From NCBI GenBank assembly GCA_019419445.1, contig DXZX01000005.1, forward strand, positions 10,196 to 74,195: DNA of 64,000 nucleotides, read 5' to 3'. This DNA comes from Collinsella sp. (lineage in GTDB: Bacteria > Actinomycetota > Coriobacteriia > Coriobacteriales > Coriobacteriaceae). Under the pieces are notes generated by a model. It was given only the letters and a program-made list of their open reading frames with translations, did no database searches and was not told where the DNA came from. Made by a program: the position numbers and the translations under genes. This document shows positions 48,353 to 57,174 of the stretch, piece after piece. Every line of letters starts with the position of its first letter. Position 1 is the first letter of the stretch.

Positions 48353-48841
48353 ATGATCAGAAAAACCCTCGATACCGACATTCCCGCCGTCATGGCTATC
48401 TATGACGCGGCCCGCGCCTTTATGCGCGCGCATGGTAACGCCACGCAGTGGCCCGAGGGCACGCCTTCGGCCGAGCAGCTGGCTGCCGATATCGCCGCCG
48501 ATGGCAGCTATGTGTGCGAAGTCGACGGTCGCGTGGTGGCGACGTTTGCCTTTTTACCGGGCCCGGACGAGTGCTATGACGTCATTGAGGATGGCGCCTG
48601 GCGCAGCGACGCTCCATACCATGTGCTACATCGCGTGGCATCCGACGGCACCGTGCACGGTATCGCGGCAGCGATGTTTGCCTTTGCCAAGGAGCACGCC
48701 AGCCACTTGCGTATCGACACGCACGAGGACAACTTGCCCATGCAGGGCGTCATCGCCAAGGCCGGGTTTAAGCGCGCCGGTATCGTATATGTGTCGGACG
48801 GTACGCCGCGTGTCGCGTTTGATTGGCTGCGCGAGGCGTAG
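48353..48841 (+). CDS. GNAT family N-acetyltransferase
   Basis: AFMRAHGNATQW, LHRVAS, RIDTHEDNLPMQ, GFKRAG. Confidence 0.9.
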   Translation: MIRKTLDTDIPAVMAIYDAARAFMRAHGNATQWPEGTPSAEQLAADIAADGSYVCEVDGRVVATFAFLPGPDECYDVIEDGAWRSDAPYHVLHRVASDGTVHGIAAAMFAFAKEHASHLRIDTHEDNLPMQGVIAKAGFKRAGIVYVSDGTPRVAFDWLREA

Positions 48842-48870
48842 GAGCCAAGGCACGTATCGTCACCCAGCTC

Positions 48871-48903
48871 AAATAAAAAATGGCCCCGAGTGGGGCCATT
48901 TTT
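48871..48903. terminator. Bidirectional intrinsic terminator
   Basis: AAATAAAAAATGGCCCC GAGT GGGGCCATTTTT, giving U-tracts on both strands. Confidence 0.85.
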
Positions 48904-49072
48904 GGTAAAACGCGTCGTTGTGGGACTCGCATTGTTACCGTCTCAGATGAGACCGGGCAGACAAAAGGGGAGGTGCCGGCTTTCGCAAGGCGCGAACCTA
49001 CGAAAATCGCCGCGCGGCAACGCGGGGCGATGAGCTCGGTCGGGGGATAGGGCCCGCTTCGCCCGCCGGCCC
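48871..49072 (-). ncRNA. Candidate ~200-nt structured small RNA
   Basis: Extended -10 TGATACAAT (49085-49077, minus strand), five stem-loops, exposed CCUCCCCUUUU, ends at the bidirectional terminator; no credible ORF. Confidence 0.5.
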
Positions 49073-49146
49073 GTAAATTGTATCATCCAGTGTGGAGCGT
49101 GAACGTCCGTTGCCGCGTGCGATGGGCTTGTAATAAGAGGAGAGCC

Positions 49147-51150
49147 ATGTCGAAGCAAGCGGTCGTTGGAATCTTGGCGCATGTCGATGCCGGCAAGACC
49201 ACGTTGGCCGAGGCCATGCTGTTCAACGCGGGTCGCATTCGCAAGCGCGGCCGCGTGGACGATGGCGATTCGCATCTGGACACCAACGCGATCGAGCGTG
49301 AGCGCGGCATCACGATTTTCTCGTCGCAGGCCGTGCTCGACCACGGCGATACTCACGTCATGCTCGTGGATGCACCAGGGCATGTCGATTTTTCTGCCGA
49401 GGCGGAGCGCACATTGCGCGCGCTCGACTACGCGATTTTAGTTGTGGGCGCTAACGATGGCGTGCAGGGGCACACCGAAACCCTGTGGCGCCTGCTTGCG
49501 CGCTATGACATTCCGACGTTCATCTATATCAACAAAATCGATTTGGAGAATCCCGGCCGCGATGTTTTGCTGGCACAGCTTGGGCAGCGTCTTTCCGAAG
49601 GCTGCCTGGATGCCAGCGAGCTGCTGGCGGGCGGTGCCGCCTGGGAGGACGCTGCCGCGTTGGACGAGGCGGCGCTCGAGGAGTTTCTCGAGGCGGGCGA
49701 GCTTTCCGTCGCAACGCTGTCGCGCATGGTTGTTGAGCGCAAGCTCTTTCCCTGCTTTGCCGGCTCGGCGCTCAAGGACCAGGGTGTGGACAAGCTGTTG
49801 GATGGCATATGCGCGCTGATGCGTGAGCAGGCGTGGCTCCCGGAGTTTGCTGCGCGCGTCTATCGTGTCAGCCGCGGGGATCGTGGCGAGCGCTTGGCTT
49901 GGGTTAAAGTGACCGGCGGCATGCTGCGCGCCAAGCAGATGATTGACGGACGTTCCGGTGCCGAGGCATGGGAACAGAAGGTCGATCAGGTGCGCATCTA
50001 TAACGGTGAGAAATACGAGCTTGCCCAGGAAGTTGCTGCTGGCGGCATCTGCGCCGTGACGGGTCTTGCGTACGTTCGCCCAGGGGACGCCCTGGGCGCG
50101 GAGCCCGCGGGCGATGCGCCCGTCATTGCGCCAGTCCTCACCTATACGGTGCTGCCGGGCGAACATGACGTCCATGCGGTGTTCAAAGCGCTGACTGAGT
50201 TGGCGGACGAAGATCCCATGCTTGGCGTGAGCTGGAATACGCATCTTGAGCAGATTCATTTGCAGTTGATGGGCGCTGTGCAACTCGAGGTCGTGCAGCG
50301 GGTGCTGGCCGATCGCTTTGGTCTTACGGTTGGGTTTGAGCCCGGCGGCATTCTCTATAAGGAGACTATCTCGCAGCCGGTCGAGGGCGTGGGCCACTTT
50401 GAGCCGCTGCGCCACTATGCCGAGGTGCATCTGCGCCTGGAGCCGTTGCCAGCAGGTTCGGGCGTGCAGTTTGGCACCGTGACCTCGACCGACGAGCTCG
50501 ATCTTAACTGGCAGCGTCTGGCACTCACCAACGCCATGGAGCGCGACCACCTGGGCGTGCTGACCGGCTCGCCCATCACCGATGTGCGCATTACGCTCAC
50601 GGGCGGCCGCGCGCATGCCAAACACACCGAGGGCGGCGATTTTCGCCAGGCCACGTACCGCGCGATTCGTCAGGGGCTCATGCAGGCGCGTGAGGCTGGC
50701 GCGGCGGTGCTGTTGGAGCCGTGGTACCACTTTGAGGTTGAGGTGCCGGGGGAGTGCGTGGGCCGGGCGCTCTCGGATGCCACGCGCATGGGTGCCGAGT
50801 ACGAGCCACCGGCGATGGCGGGAGACCGGGCGAAGCTTGTGGGTCGCGTGCCGGCATCCGAGGTGCAGGATTATGCGCTGGAGGTGGCTGCCTACACGAG
50901 CGGTCGCGGGCATCTGTACCTGGAGTTCGCCGGTTATGCGGCCTGTCATGATGCCGAGCGCGTCATCGAGGCGGCCGCCTATGAGCCCGAGGCCGATCTG
51001 CCCAACACACCCGACTCGGTTTTTTGCTCTCACGGCGCCGGCTACACGGTCAAATGGTACGACGTACCCGCCGCGGCGCACGTAAAGGTCGATCCCGCCA
51101 CCTTCCGTCCCTGGCGAGCGGCAGACGCCGAGTTTTTCGGCCACATGTGA
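49147..51150 (+). CDS. EF-G/TetM-like translational GTPase (not a canonical Tet RPP)
   Basis: AHVDAGKTT, RERGITI, DAPGHVDF, NKID, GHFEPLRHYAEV, KHTEGGDFRQAT, SVFCSHGAG. Confidence 0.88.
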   Translation: MSKQAVVGILAHVDAGKTTLAEAMLFNAGRIRKRGRVDDGDSHLDTNAIERERGITIFSSQAVLDHGDTHVMLVDAPGHVDFSAEAERTLRALDYAILVVGANDGVQGHTETLWRLLARYDIPTFIYINKIDLENPGRDVLLAQLGQRLSEGCLDASELLAGGAAWEDAAALDEAALEEFLEAGELSVATLSRMVVERKLFPCFAGSALKDQGVDKLLDGICALMREQAWLPEFAARVYRVSRGDRGERLAWVKVTGGMLRAKQMIDGRSGAEAWEQKVDQVRIYNGEKYELAQEVAAGGICAVTGLAYVRPGDALGAEPAGDAPVIAPVLTYTVLPGEHDVHAVFKALTELADEDPMLGVSWNTHLEQIHLQLMGAVQLEVVQRVLADRFGLTVGFEPGGILYKETISQPVEGVGHFEPLRHYAEVHLRLEPLPAGSGVQFGTVTSTDELDLNWQRLALTNAMERDHLGVLTGSPITDVRITLTGGRAHAKHTEGGDFRQATYRAIRQGLMQAREAGAAVLLEPWYHFEVEVPGECVGRALSDATRMGAEYEPPAMAGDRAKLVGRVPASEVQDYALEVAAYTSGRGHLYLEFAGYAACHDAERVIEAAAYEPEADLPNTPDSVFCSHGAGYTVKWYDVPAAAHVKVDPATFRPWRAADAEFFGHM

Positions 51151-51176
51151 CAAAGTGGCAGTCCCTTTGTCACATG
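51144..51176. repeat. Palindromic element family A, copy 4 (supplies the GTPase TGA)
   Basis: CATGTGACAAAGTGGCAGTCCCTTTGTCACATG. Confidence 0.88.
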
Positions 51177-51180
51177 CTAT

Positions 51181-51210
51181 TGGTATAACTTGGTATAAGT
51201 TGGTATAACT
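51181..51210. promoter_or_regulatory. Three tandem 10-bp repeats TGGTATAA(C/G)T, putative operator/promoter
   Basis: TGGTATAACT TGGTATAAGT TGGTATAACT, 33 bp upstream of the ATPase ATG. Confidence 0.65.
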
Positions 51211-51243
51211 ATTATCAGGGTTTGCCAATCCGAGGAGGCCGGC

Positions 51244-52362
51244 ATGAATCCAAATCCCTTTAAGCCGACGGCAGGCAAGCGGCCCCCGATGCTCATCGGT
51301 CGCGAGTCGGTCGTCGAAGATTTTGAGGAAGGGCTCGATAACGGCGCCGGAGCGCCGGGCGGGCTCATGCTCATTACGGGAAACCGCGGCTGCGGCAAGA
51401 CGGTTCTCCTGCGGGAGCTGCAACGTCTAGCCAATGAGCGCGGATGGGCGGTTGTCTCCGATTCTGCTTCGCTTGGCTTGTGCGATCGCCTGGCCGACGC
51501 GCTTCGCTCGAATAAACCCGTTGTGACGTCAATGGAGTTTGGGCCGTCGTTTGGTCGGATGTCGGTCGAGGCGGCTCGGGCAAAGGGCGAGACGCTACGG
51601 GGGCTGGTCAACGAGCGCCTCAAGAAGCTCGGTCCAGGCAAGGGCATACTGTTTGCGATTGACGAGGCACAATCTGCGTCTATCGAGGAACTGGCGGCTC
51701 TTGCCGTTCTCTATCAGCAGGTGCTCGGAGACCAGGGCGCTACGGGCTTGTCCGATAGCGACCAGCGCGGTCTTGCGCTGGTTTTTGCCGGCTTACCCAG
51801 TATGGTTGACGATCTGCTCGAAGAGCCGAGCGTGACGTTTTTGCGACGCGCCCAACAGCGTACGCTGGGGGCGATTTCTTTGCCCAAGGTGCGCGATTCA
51901 TATATCCAGACGGTCAAAGACGCTGGTCTTTACGTTGACGTGGAGGCGGCGGACCTTGCGGCGCGCAAAAGCATGGGGCATCCCTATATGGTTCAGCTGG
52001 TGGGCTATTACATGTGGCGCTCTGCTGTCCGCCGTAACTCGCAGGTCATTGAAAGGTGCGATGTCGAGGATGGCCATGCGGATGCCGTCTCCGAGTTCTA
52101 CGAAGCGGTTGACGCGCCTCTGTATTACGGGTTGCGCAGTCCGCAGCGCCTCTTTATCGAGGCCATGGCGGTTGACGAGGGCAAGCCGACGCGCATGGCG
52201 GATATCATTGAGCGTTGCGAGCGTACCCAGAGCTGGGCGAGTAAATATCGCGCAAGCCTGATTCGCGAGCGCGTCATCGAGGCTGCTGGATACGGCCTCG
52301 TCCGGTTTACCGTGCCCATGCTGGGCGAGTACATTCGCAATCGAGTTTTATGGCATGAGTAG
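51244..52362 (+). CDS. AAA+ ATPase with C-terminal winged HTH
   Basis: NPFKPTAG, GNRGCGKT, AIDEAQ, FAGLP, GHPYMVQLVG, KYRASLIRERVI...GLVRF. Confidence 0.88.
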   Translation: MNPNPFKPTAGKRPPMLIGRESVVEDFEEGLDNGAGAPGGLMLITGNRGCGKTVLLRELQRLANERGWAVVSDSASLGLCDRLADALRSNKPVVTSMEFGPSFGRMSVEAARAKGETLRGLVNERLKKLGPGKGILFAIDEAQSASIEELAALAVLYQQVLGDQGATGLSDSDQRGLALVFAGLPSMVDDLLEEPSVTFLRRAQQRTLGAISLPKVRDSYIQTVKDAGLYVDVEAADLAARKSMGHPYMVQLVGYYMWRSAVRRNSQVIERCDVEDGHADAVSEFYEAVDAPLYYGLRSPQRLFIEAMAVDEGKPTRMADIIERCERTQSWASKYRASLIRERVIEAAGYGLVRFTVPMLGEYIRNRVLWHE

Positions 52363-54868
52363 GGTGATAAAGGTGACGGAACAGAAGATGAGCCCGCAGG
52401 CTATCGAGGTGCGTGGCGCACGTGTCCATAACCTCAAGGACGTCGATATCGATATTCCGCTGGGAAAGCTCGTGAGTGTTGCCGGCGTGTCGGGTTCGGG
52501 CAAGAGTTCGCTGGCGCTGGGGGTTCTTTATGCCGAGGGCTCGCGTCGCTACTTGGAAGCACTTAGCACCTATACCCGCCGTCGCCTGACGCAGGCCGAG
52601 CACGCCCAAGTGGACGAGGTGCTGCACGTGCCGGCGGCGCTCGCATTGCATCAGCGCCCCAGCGTGCCGGGCGTGCGCTCGACCTTTGGTACCATGACCG
52701 AGCTCAACAATAGTCTGCGTCTGCTCTTTAGCCGTTGCGCCCATCATGTGTGCCCGCGCTGCGGGGCGCGTGTGGAGCCGAGCCTTAACGTTGCCGCAGG
52801 CCTGTCGCTCACGTGTCCGACATGCGGCCGCGAGTTCTACGCGCCGAGTGCCGAGGACCTTGCCTTTAACAGTGGCGGTGCGTGTCCCACCTGCGGCGGC
52901 ACCGGTGTCATGCGCGAGGTGGACGAGGCGAGCTTGGTACCCGACGAGTCAAAGACTATCAACGAGGGCGCGGTGCATCCTTGGGGCACGCTCATGTGGG
53001 ATCTGATGAAGCAGGTGGCCGGCGAGATGGGCGTGCGCACCGACGTGCCGTTTAACCAGCTCACGCCTCAAGAACGCGACATCGTGTTTCATGGTCCGGC
53101 GGTTAAGAAGCACATTCTCTACGTCCCCAAAAACGGCGAGGGCGCCACGCCGCTCGACTTTACCTATTACAACGCCGTCTATACCGTCGAGAATGCGCTC
53201 GCCAAGGTCAAGGACGATAAGGGTTTCAAACGCGTTGCACGCTTTTTGCGCGAGGGAGCATGCCGCGATTGCGGTGGCACGCGTCTCTCCGAGGCTGCAC
53301 GCCAGCCCCAGGTGTGCGGTATCAATCTGGCGCAGGCCGCGGCCATGACGCTGGGTGAGGCGATTGAGTGGGTGCGCGGAGTGCCCGCATCCTTGCCGCC
53401 CGAGATGCGGCCCATGGCGACGGATATCTGCGATTCGTTTTTGAGCGCGGCCCGTCGTCTGGTCGACCTGGGTCTCGATTACCTTTCACTCGATCGCGCC
53501 GGTGCCACGCTCTCCACGGGTGAGCGCCAGCGCGTACAGCTTGCTCGCGTGGTGCGCAACCGATCGACGGGCGTGCTTTATGTGCTGGACGAGCCTTCGA
53601 TCGGCCTGCATCCTGCCAATGTCGACGGCTTGGTGGGCGTGATGCGCGATCTGGTGGATGACGGCAACACCGTGGTCGTTGTCGACCACGATACGCGCGT
53701 ACTGGCGGAAGCCGACTATCTGGTCGAGATGGGCCCCGTTGCCGGAGCAGGCGGCGGTAATGTGATTGCCACTGGTACGGTAGACGAGGTCGAGCAATCG
53801 CGGGGCAGCCGCATCGCGCCGTTTTTGCGCGCCGAGCCCAAGCGCTTGCGCTCGCAGGTGACTGACGAGGAAATGTTCGACCAGGGTCACATCCGCATGG
53901 CAACCGATGCCATCCATACTGTCAAGCCGCTCGAAGTCGATATCCCGCGCGGCCGTCTCGTCGCGGTTACGGGCGTTTCGGGTTCGGGCAAGACGACGTT
54001 GGTGCTCGAGACGCTTATCCCGGCACTCAAGGCGCAGGCAGCCGGCGAGCGCCTGCCAAAACATGTGCGTTGGATCGATGCCGAAGGCATTGCCCGCGCA
54101 AACCTGATTGACGCTACGCCTATCGGCGCCAACGTGCGCTCGACGGTGGCGACTTATGCCGACATCCATGATGAGCTGCGCCGCGCCTTCGCCCGCACGC
54201 CAGAGGCCAAGGCAGCCGGCTACAAGGCAGGTGCCTTTAGCTACAACACTGGCACTCTGCGCTGCCCTACGTGCGATGGCACGGGCTCGATATCGCTCGA
54301 CGTGCAGTTTCTGCCCGACGTCGAGATCGTCTGCCCGGCATGTCGCGGCTCACGTTATGCAGACGCGGCTTCGCATATCCATCGCGAGGGCAAGGACGGG
54401 AGTCTGCTTACGTTGCCGCAGCTCATGGATATGAGTGTGGACGAGGCCCTCGACGCCACGGTGGGACTCAAGAAGGTTCAGGCGCGCTTGCAGACCTTGC
54501 ACGACCTGGGCTTGGGTTATCTCACGCTCGGTGAGCCCACGCCGGCGCTTTCGGGCGGCGAAGCGCAGCGTCTTAAGCTTGCGAGCGAGATGGGACGCGT
54601 GCAGGACGATGCCGTATTCGTGTTCGACGAGCCTACGATCGGCCTACATCCGCTCGATGTTCAGGTGTTGTTGAGCGTGTTCGACGGCCTTGTTGCCAAG
54701 GGCGCCACGGTTATCGTGATCGAACACGATCTCGACCTTATCCGTAACGCCGATTACGTGATCGACATGGGCCCGGGCGGTGGCGACGCCGGCGGGCAAA
54801 TCGTCTGCGCCGGCACGCCGGGCGACATCGCGGCCTGCTCCGCAAGCATCACCGGTCGCTACTTATAA
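52355..54868 (+). CDS. UvrA-family protein (class II / DrrC-like)
   Basis: GARVHNLK, two GVSGSGK, several CxxC fingers, LSTGERQR, LSGGEAQR. About 830 aa, shorter than canonical UvrA. Start may be 52388. Confidence 0.88.
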   Translation: MSRVIKVTEQKMSPQAIEVRGARVHNLKDVDIDIPLGKLVSVAGVSGSGKSSLALGVLYAEGSRRYLEALSTYTRRRLTQAEHAQVDEVLHVPAALALHQRPSVPGVRSTFGTMTELNNSLRLLFSRCAHHVCPRCGARVEPSLNVAAGLSLTCPTCGREFYAPSAEDLAFNSGGACPTCGGTGVMREVDEASLVPDESKTINEGAVHPWGTLMWDLMKQVAGEMGVRTDVPFNQLTPQERDIVFHGPAVKKHILYVPKNGEGATPLDFTYYNAVYTVENALAKVKDDKGFKRVARFLREGACRDCGGTRLSEAARQPQVCGINLAQAAAMTLGEAIEWVRGVPASLPPEMRPMATDICDSFLSAARRLVDLGLDYLSLDRAGATLSTGERQRVQLARVVRNRSTGVLYVLDEPSIGLHPANVDGLVGVMRDLVDDGNTVVVVDHDTRVLAEADYLVEMGPVAGAGGGNVIATGTVDEVEQSRGSRIAPFLRAEPKRLRSQVTDEEMFDQGHIRMATDAIHTVKPLEVDIPRGRLVAVTGVSGSGKTTLVLETLIPALKAQAAGERLPKHVRWIDAEGIARANLIDATPIGANVRSTVATYADIHDELRRAFARTPEAKAAGYKAGAFSYNTGTLRCPTCDGTGSISLDVQFLPDVEIVCPACRGSRYADAASHIHREGKDGSLLTLPQLMDMSVDEALDATVGLKKVQARLQTLHDLGLGYLTLGEPTPALSGGEAQRLKLASEMGRVQDDAVFVFDEPTIGLHPLDVQVLLSVFDGLVAKGATVIVIEHDLDLIRNADYVIDMGPGGGDAGGQIVCAGTPGDIAACSASITGRYL

Positions 54869-54870
54869 CC

Positions 54871-54905
54871 GAATGTGACAAAGGGACAGTTCCTTTGTCA
54901 CATTC
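54871..54905. repeat. Palindromic element family A, copy 5 (supplies the trmL TGA)
   Basis: GAATGTGACAAAGGGACAGTTCCTTTGTCACATTC. Confidence 0.88.
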
Positions 54906-55497
54906 CCGGAAAGTCTGTCTGGCGCAGGGCTTCGTAGAGGACGATGGCGGCGCTGTTGGAAAGGTTGAGGGCGCTGATGCGGTAGTCGTCCGGATTGACG
55001 AAGTTGCCGCAGATGTCCTGCTGAAGGATGGCCTCGTGGCTGTCCTCGGTATGCCCGAGCGACTCCTCGTGGGCCTCCCAGGCGTCGGCGTTTTCGAGCG
55101 AGTCGCAATCGCGCAACATGGGGATGCGCTCGCAGCGCTCGGGCGCCGCGGCAAGCAGCTCCTCGGGAATCCCTGAGCTCTCGCTGCCAAAGACCAAGAA
55201 GTCGCCATCGCGGTAGGTGCTCTGCGCATATGTGCGGCGTGCCTTTTTGGTCAGCAGATGCAGGCGACCATCGGCGGGAGAGAGGCCGTTGCGCGCAAGG
55301 AAATCCTCCCAGCCGGCATAGGTGGTCACGTCCAAGTTTTGCCAGTAGCCCAGGCCGGCGCGACGCACCGTCTTGTCGTCGAGCGAAAACCCCAGCGGCT
55401 CCACCAGATGCAGGCGGGCGCCGGTAACTACGCAGGTGCGGCCGATATTGCCCGTATTGGCCGGAATCTCGGGCGCATACAGCACAATGTTGAACAT
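54898..55497 (-). CDS. trmL: tRNA (cytidine/uridine-34 2'-O)-methyltransferase, with an internal insertion
   Basis: PEIPANTGNIGRTC, RRAGLGYW, FGSESSGIP, RIPM, LNLSNSAAIVLYEALRQ. Confidence 0.9.
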   Translation of the reverse strand: MFNIVLYAPEIPANTGNIGRTCVVTGARLHLVEPLGFSLDDKTVRRAGLGYWQNLDVTTYAGWEDFLARNGLSPADGRLHLLTKKARRTYAQSTYRDGDFLVFGSESSGIPEELLAAAPERCERIPMLRDCDSLENADAWEAHEESLGHTEDSHEAILQQDICGNFVNPDDYRISALNLSNSAAIVLYEALRQTDFPGM

Positions 55498-55519
55498 GAA
55501 TCTCCTTGGCTCAGAACGA

Positions 55520-55560
55520 AAAACCACCACGAAGGGGACAGGCACCTTCGTGGTGGTTTT
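55520..55560. repeat. Palindromic element family B (16-bp arms around GGGGACAGGCACC)
   Basis: AAAACCACCACGAAGG GGACAGGCA CCTTCGTGGTGGTTTT. Confidence 0.8.
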
Positions 55561-55599
55561 GGCGGTTACGTGGGCGGAAAAATGCCCGCTTCGATAAAC

Positions 55600-56730
55600 C
55601 TAGGCGCGGTGCCAGTCAGTCAGGCAGGCATCGAGGGAGGCGATGAGCGCATCCTTGTCCATGTGACGGCCGATGATGCACAGGCTCGTCATGCGGTCGC
55701 CCGTCTCGTCGTCCCAAATTTGCATGATCTCGGGGTTCTCGTCGATGATCTTCTGCTTCTCGCCCTCGGGCGCGGAGTCAACGAACAAGCCGTTCTCCAT
55801 CAGGCGCATCTGGTGGCCGGCCTGCTCAAACATGTAGCACATGTCCGGATCGCCGGTCTGCCACAGCGGACCCTTGACACGGATGACCTCGTCGGGCCAT
55901 TCCTGCTCAACAAAATCGGTGAACTTCTGCAGGTCGAACGGCTTGCGGCGCGAGTACACAAAGGTCTCGATGTCGTACTCGAGCACCTCGGGGTCGTCGT
56001 GCTCCTCGGGATGCTCCATGGCCTCGATCCAGGCGGCGGAGTTGTAGGCGCGCATAAAGTCGAAGCGGTCGGTGTCGAGCAGCTCCTCCATGGGGACCTC
56101 GCCGTTTTGAGCCTCGACAATCACGGCGTCTTTCTGCAGGCTGCGCACGATGGCCTTGAGCTCGGCAATCTGCTCGGGCGTGACGGTATCGGTCTTGTTG
56201 AGGATCAGCGTGGAGCAGAACTCGATCTGCTGGATGAGCAGGCTTTCGATGTCGTCCTCGTCGATATCCTCGGCCAGCAGGTCGCGACCGCCGTTGAACT
56301 CGTCATACATGCGGGCGCAGTCGACCACGGCCACGATGTTATCGAGCGCGAGCTTGGGCTCGCCGCCTACCTTGGCCTCGTCGCAGAAGCTCGAGATGGT
56401 GTAGGCGATGGGGATGGGCTCGCAGATACCCGAGGCCTCGATGATGATGTAGTCGAACTTGCCCGAATCGGCGATGCCCTGCAGCTGGTTGGCAAGGTCG
56501 TCCGAAAGCGTACAGCAGATGCAGCCGTTGGTGAGCGGGATGAGGTCGTCGGTCTCGGAAAGGCCGCCGTCGGCGATAAGACTGGCGTCGACGTTGATCT
56601 CGCCGATATCGTTGACGATCACGGCGGCGCGGATGCCGCCGTCGTTAGCGAGGATGTGGTTGAGCAGCGTGGTCTTGCCGGCACCGAGGTATCCGGTAAG
56701 CATGATGATCTTCACGGGTTTGTTGGGCAT
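55600..56730 (-). CDS. COG0523/CobW-family metallochaperone GTPase
   Basis: GYLGAGKTT, VNDIGE, GCICC, EASG, NKTD, IRVKG. Confidence 0.92.
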   Translation of the reverse strand: MPNKPVKIIMLTGYLGAGKTTLLNHILANDGGIRAAVIVNDIGEINVDASLIADGGLSETDDLIPLTNGCICCTLSDDLANQLQGIADSGKFDYIIIEASGICEPIPIAYTISSFCDEAKVGGEPKLALDNIVAVVDCARMYDEFNGGRDLLAEDIDEDDIESLLIQQIEFCSTLILNKTDTVTPEQIAELKAIVRSLQKDAVIVEAQNGEVPMEELLDTDRFDFMRAYNSAAWIEAMEHPEEHDDPEVLEYDIETFVYSRRKPFDLQKFTDFVEQEWPDEVIRVKGPLWQTGDPDMCYMFEQAGHQMRLMENGLFVDSAPEGEKQKIIDENPEIMQIWDDETGDRMTSLCIIGRHMDKDALIASLDACLTDWHRA

Positions 56731-56816
56731 GTGCCCTCCTTTGTTAGACATGGCTTACAGTTGAATCTTATGCCAAACGCCTGCTCTTATACCCATGCGC
56801 CGGCAAATAACACAGG

Positions 56817-57158
56817 CTACTCCCAGGCTCCCCATACATCGGGGCAATAACCGACGGTGGCCTTTTTGCCGTTGCGCACGATGGGCTCGGCTAGAACCTG
56901 CTGGTTTTCGAGCAACTTGTCGAAGCGCTGGCTAGGGGTGAGGTGCTGGATGAGCGCGAGCGTCTCCTCGTCCTTGGCTTTGGGGTTGAGCAGCTTGTCG
57001 ATGCCGCCGACCGCCTGCATCACGCTCGTGAGCTCGCCCTTGCTCATCTCCTTTTCCTTAAGGTCGATAAACTGCACCTTAATGCGGCGCTCCTTAAAAT
57101 AGCGCTGGGCCTTCTTGGTGTCGAAGGACTTCTTGGTGCCAAAAATTTGCACGTTCAT
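56817..57158 (-). CDS. ArsC/Spx-like family protein
   Basis: MNVQIFGTKKSFDTKKAQRYFKER...PIVRNGKKATVG. Confidence 0.85.
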   Translation of the reverse strand: MNVQIFGTKKSFDTKKAQRYFKERRIKVQFIDLKEKEMSKGELTSVMQAVGGIDKLLNPKAKDEETLALIQHLTPSQRFDKLLENQQVLAEPIVRNGKKATVGYCPDVWGAWE

Positions 57159-57174
57159 ATAATGTTCCGCCGTT

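Noticed and set aside
48941..49041. Hammerhead ribozyme or 6S RNA identity for the structured intergenic region
   Set aside because: CAGAUGA and CGAAA resemble the hammerhead core, but CUGANGA and the UH cleavage site are not correctly placed. The fold is multi-hairpin rather than a 6S rod. Kept only as an unclassified sRNA candidate.
49147..51150. Tetracycline resistance gene (tetM/tetW)
   Set aside because: Lacks the RPP domain IV loop signature, has host-like composition, and no mobile element is nearby.
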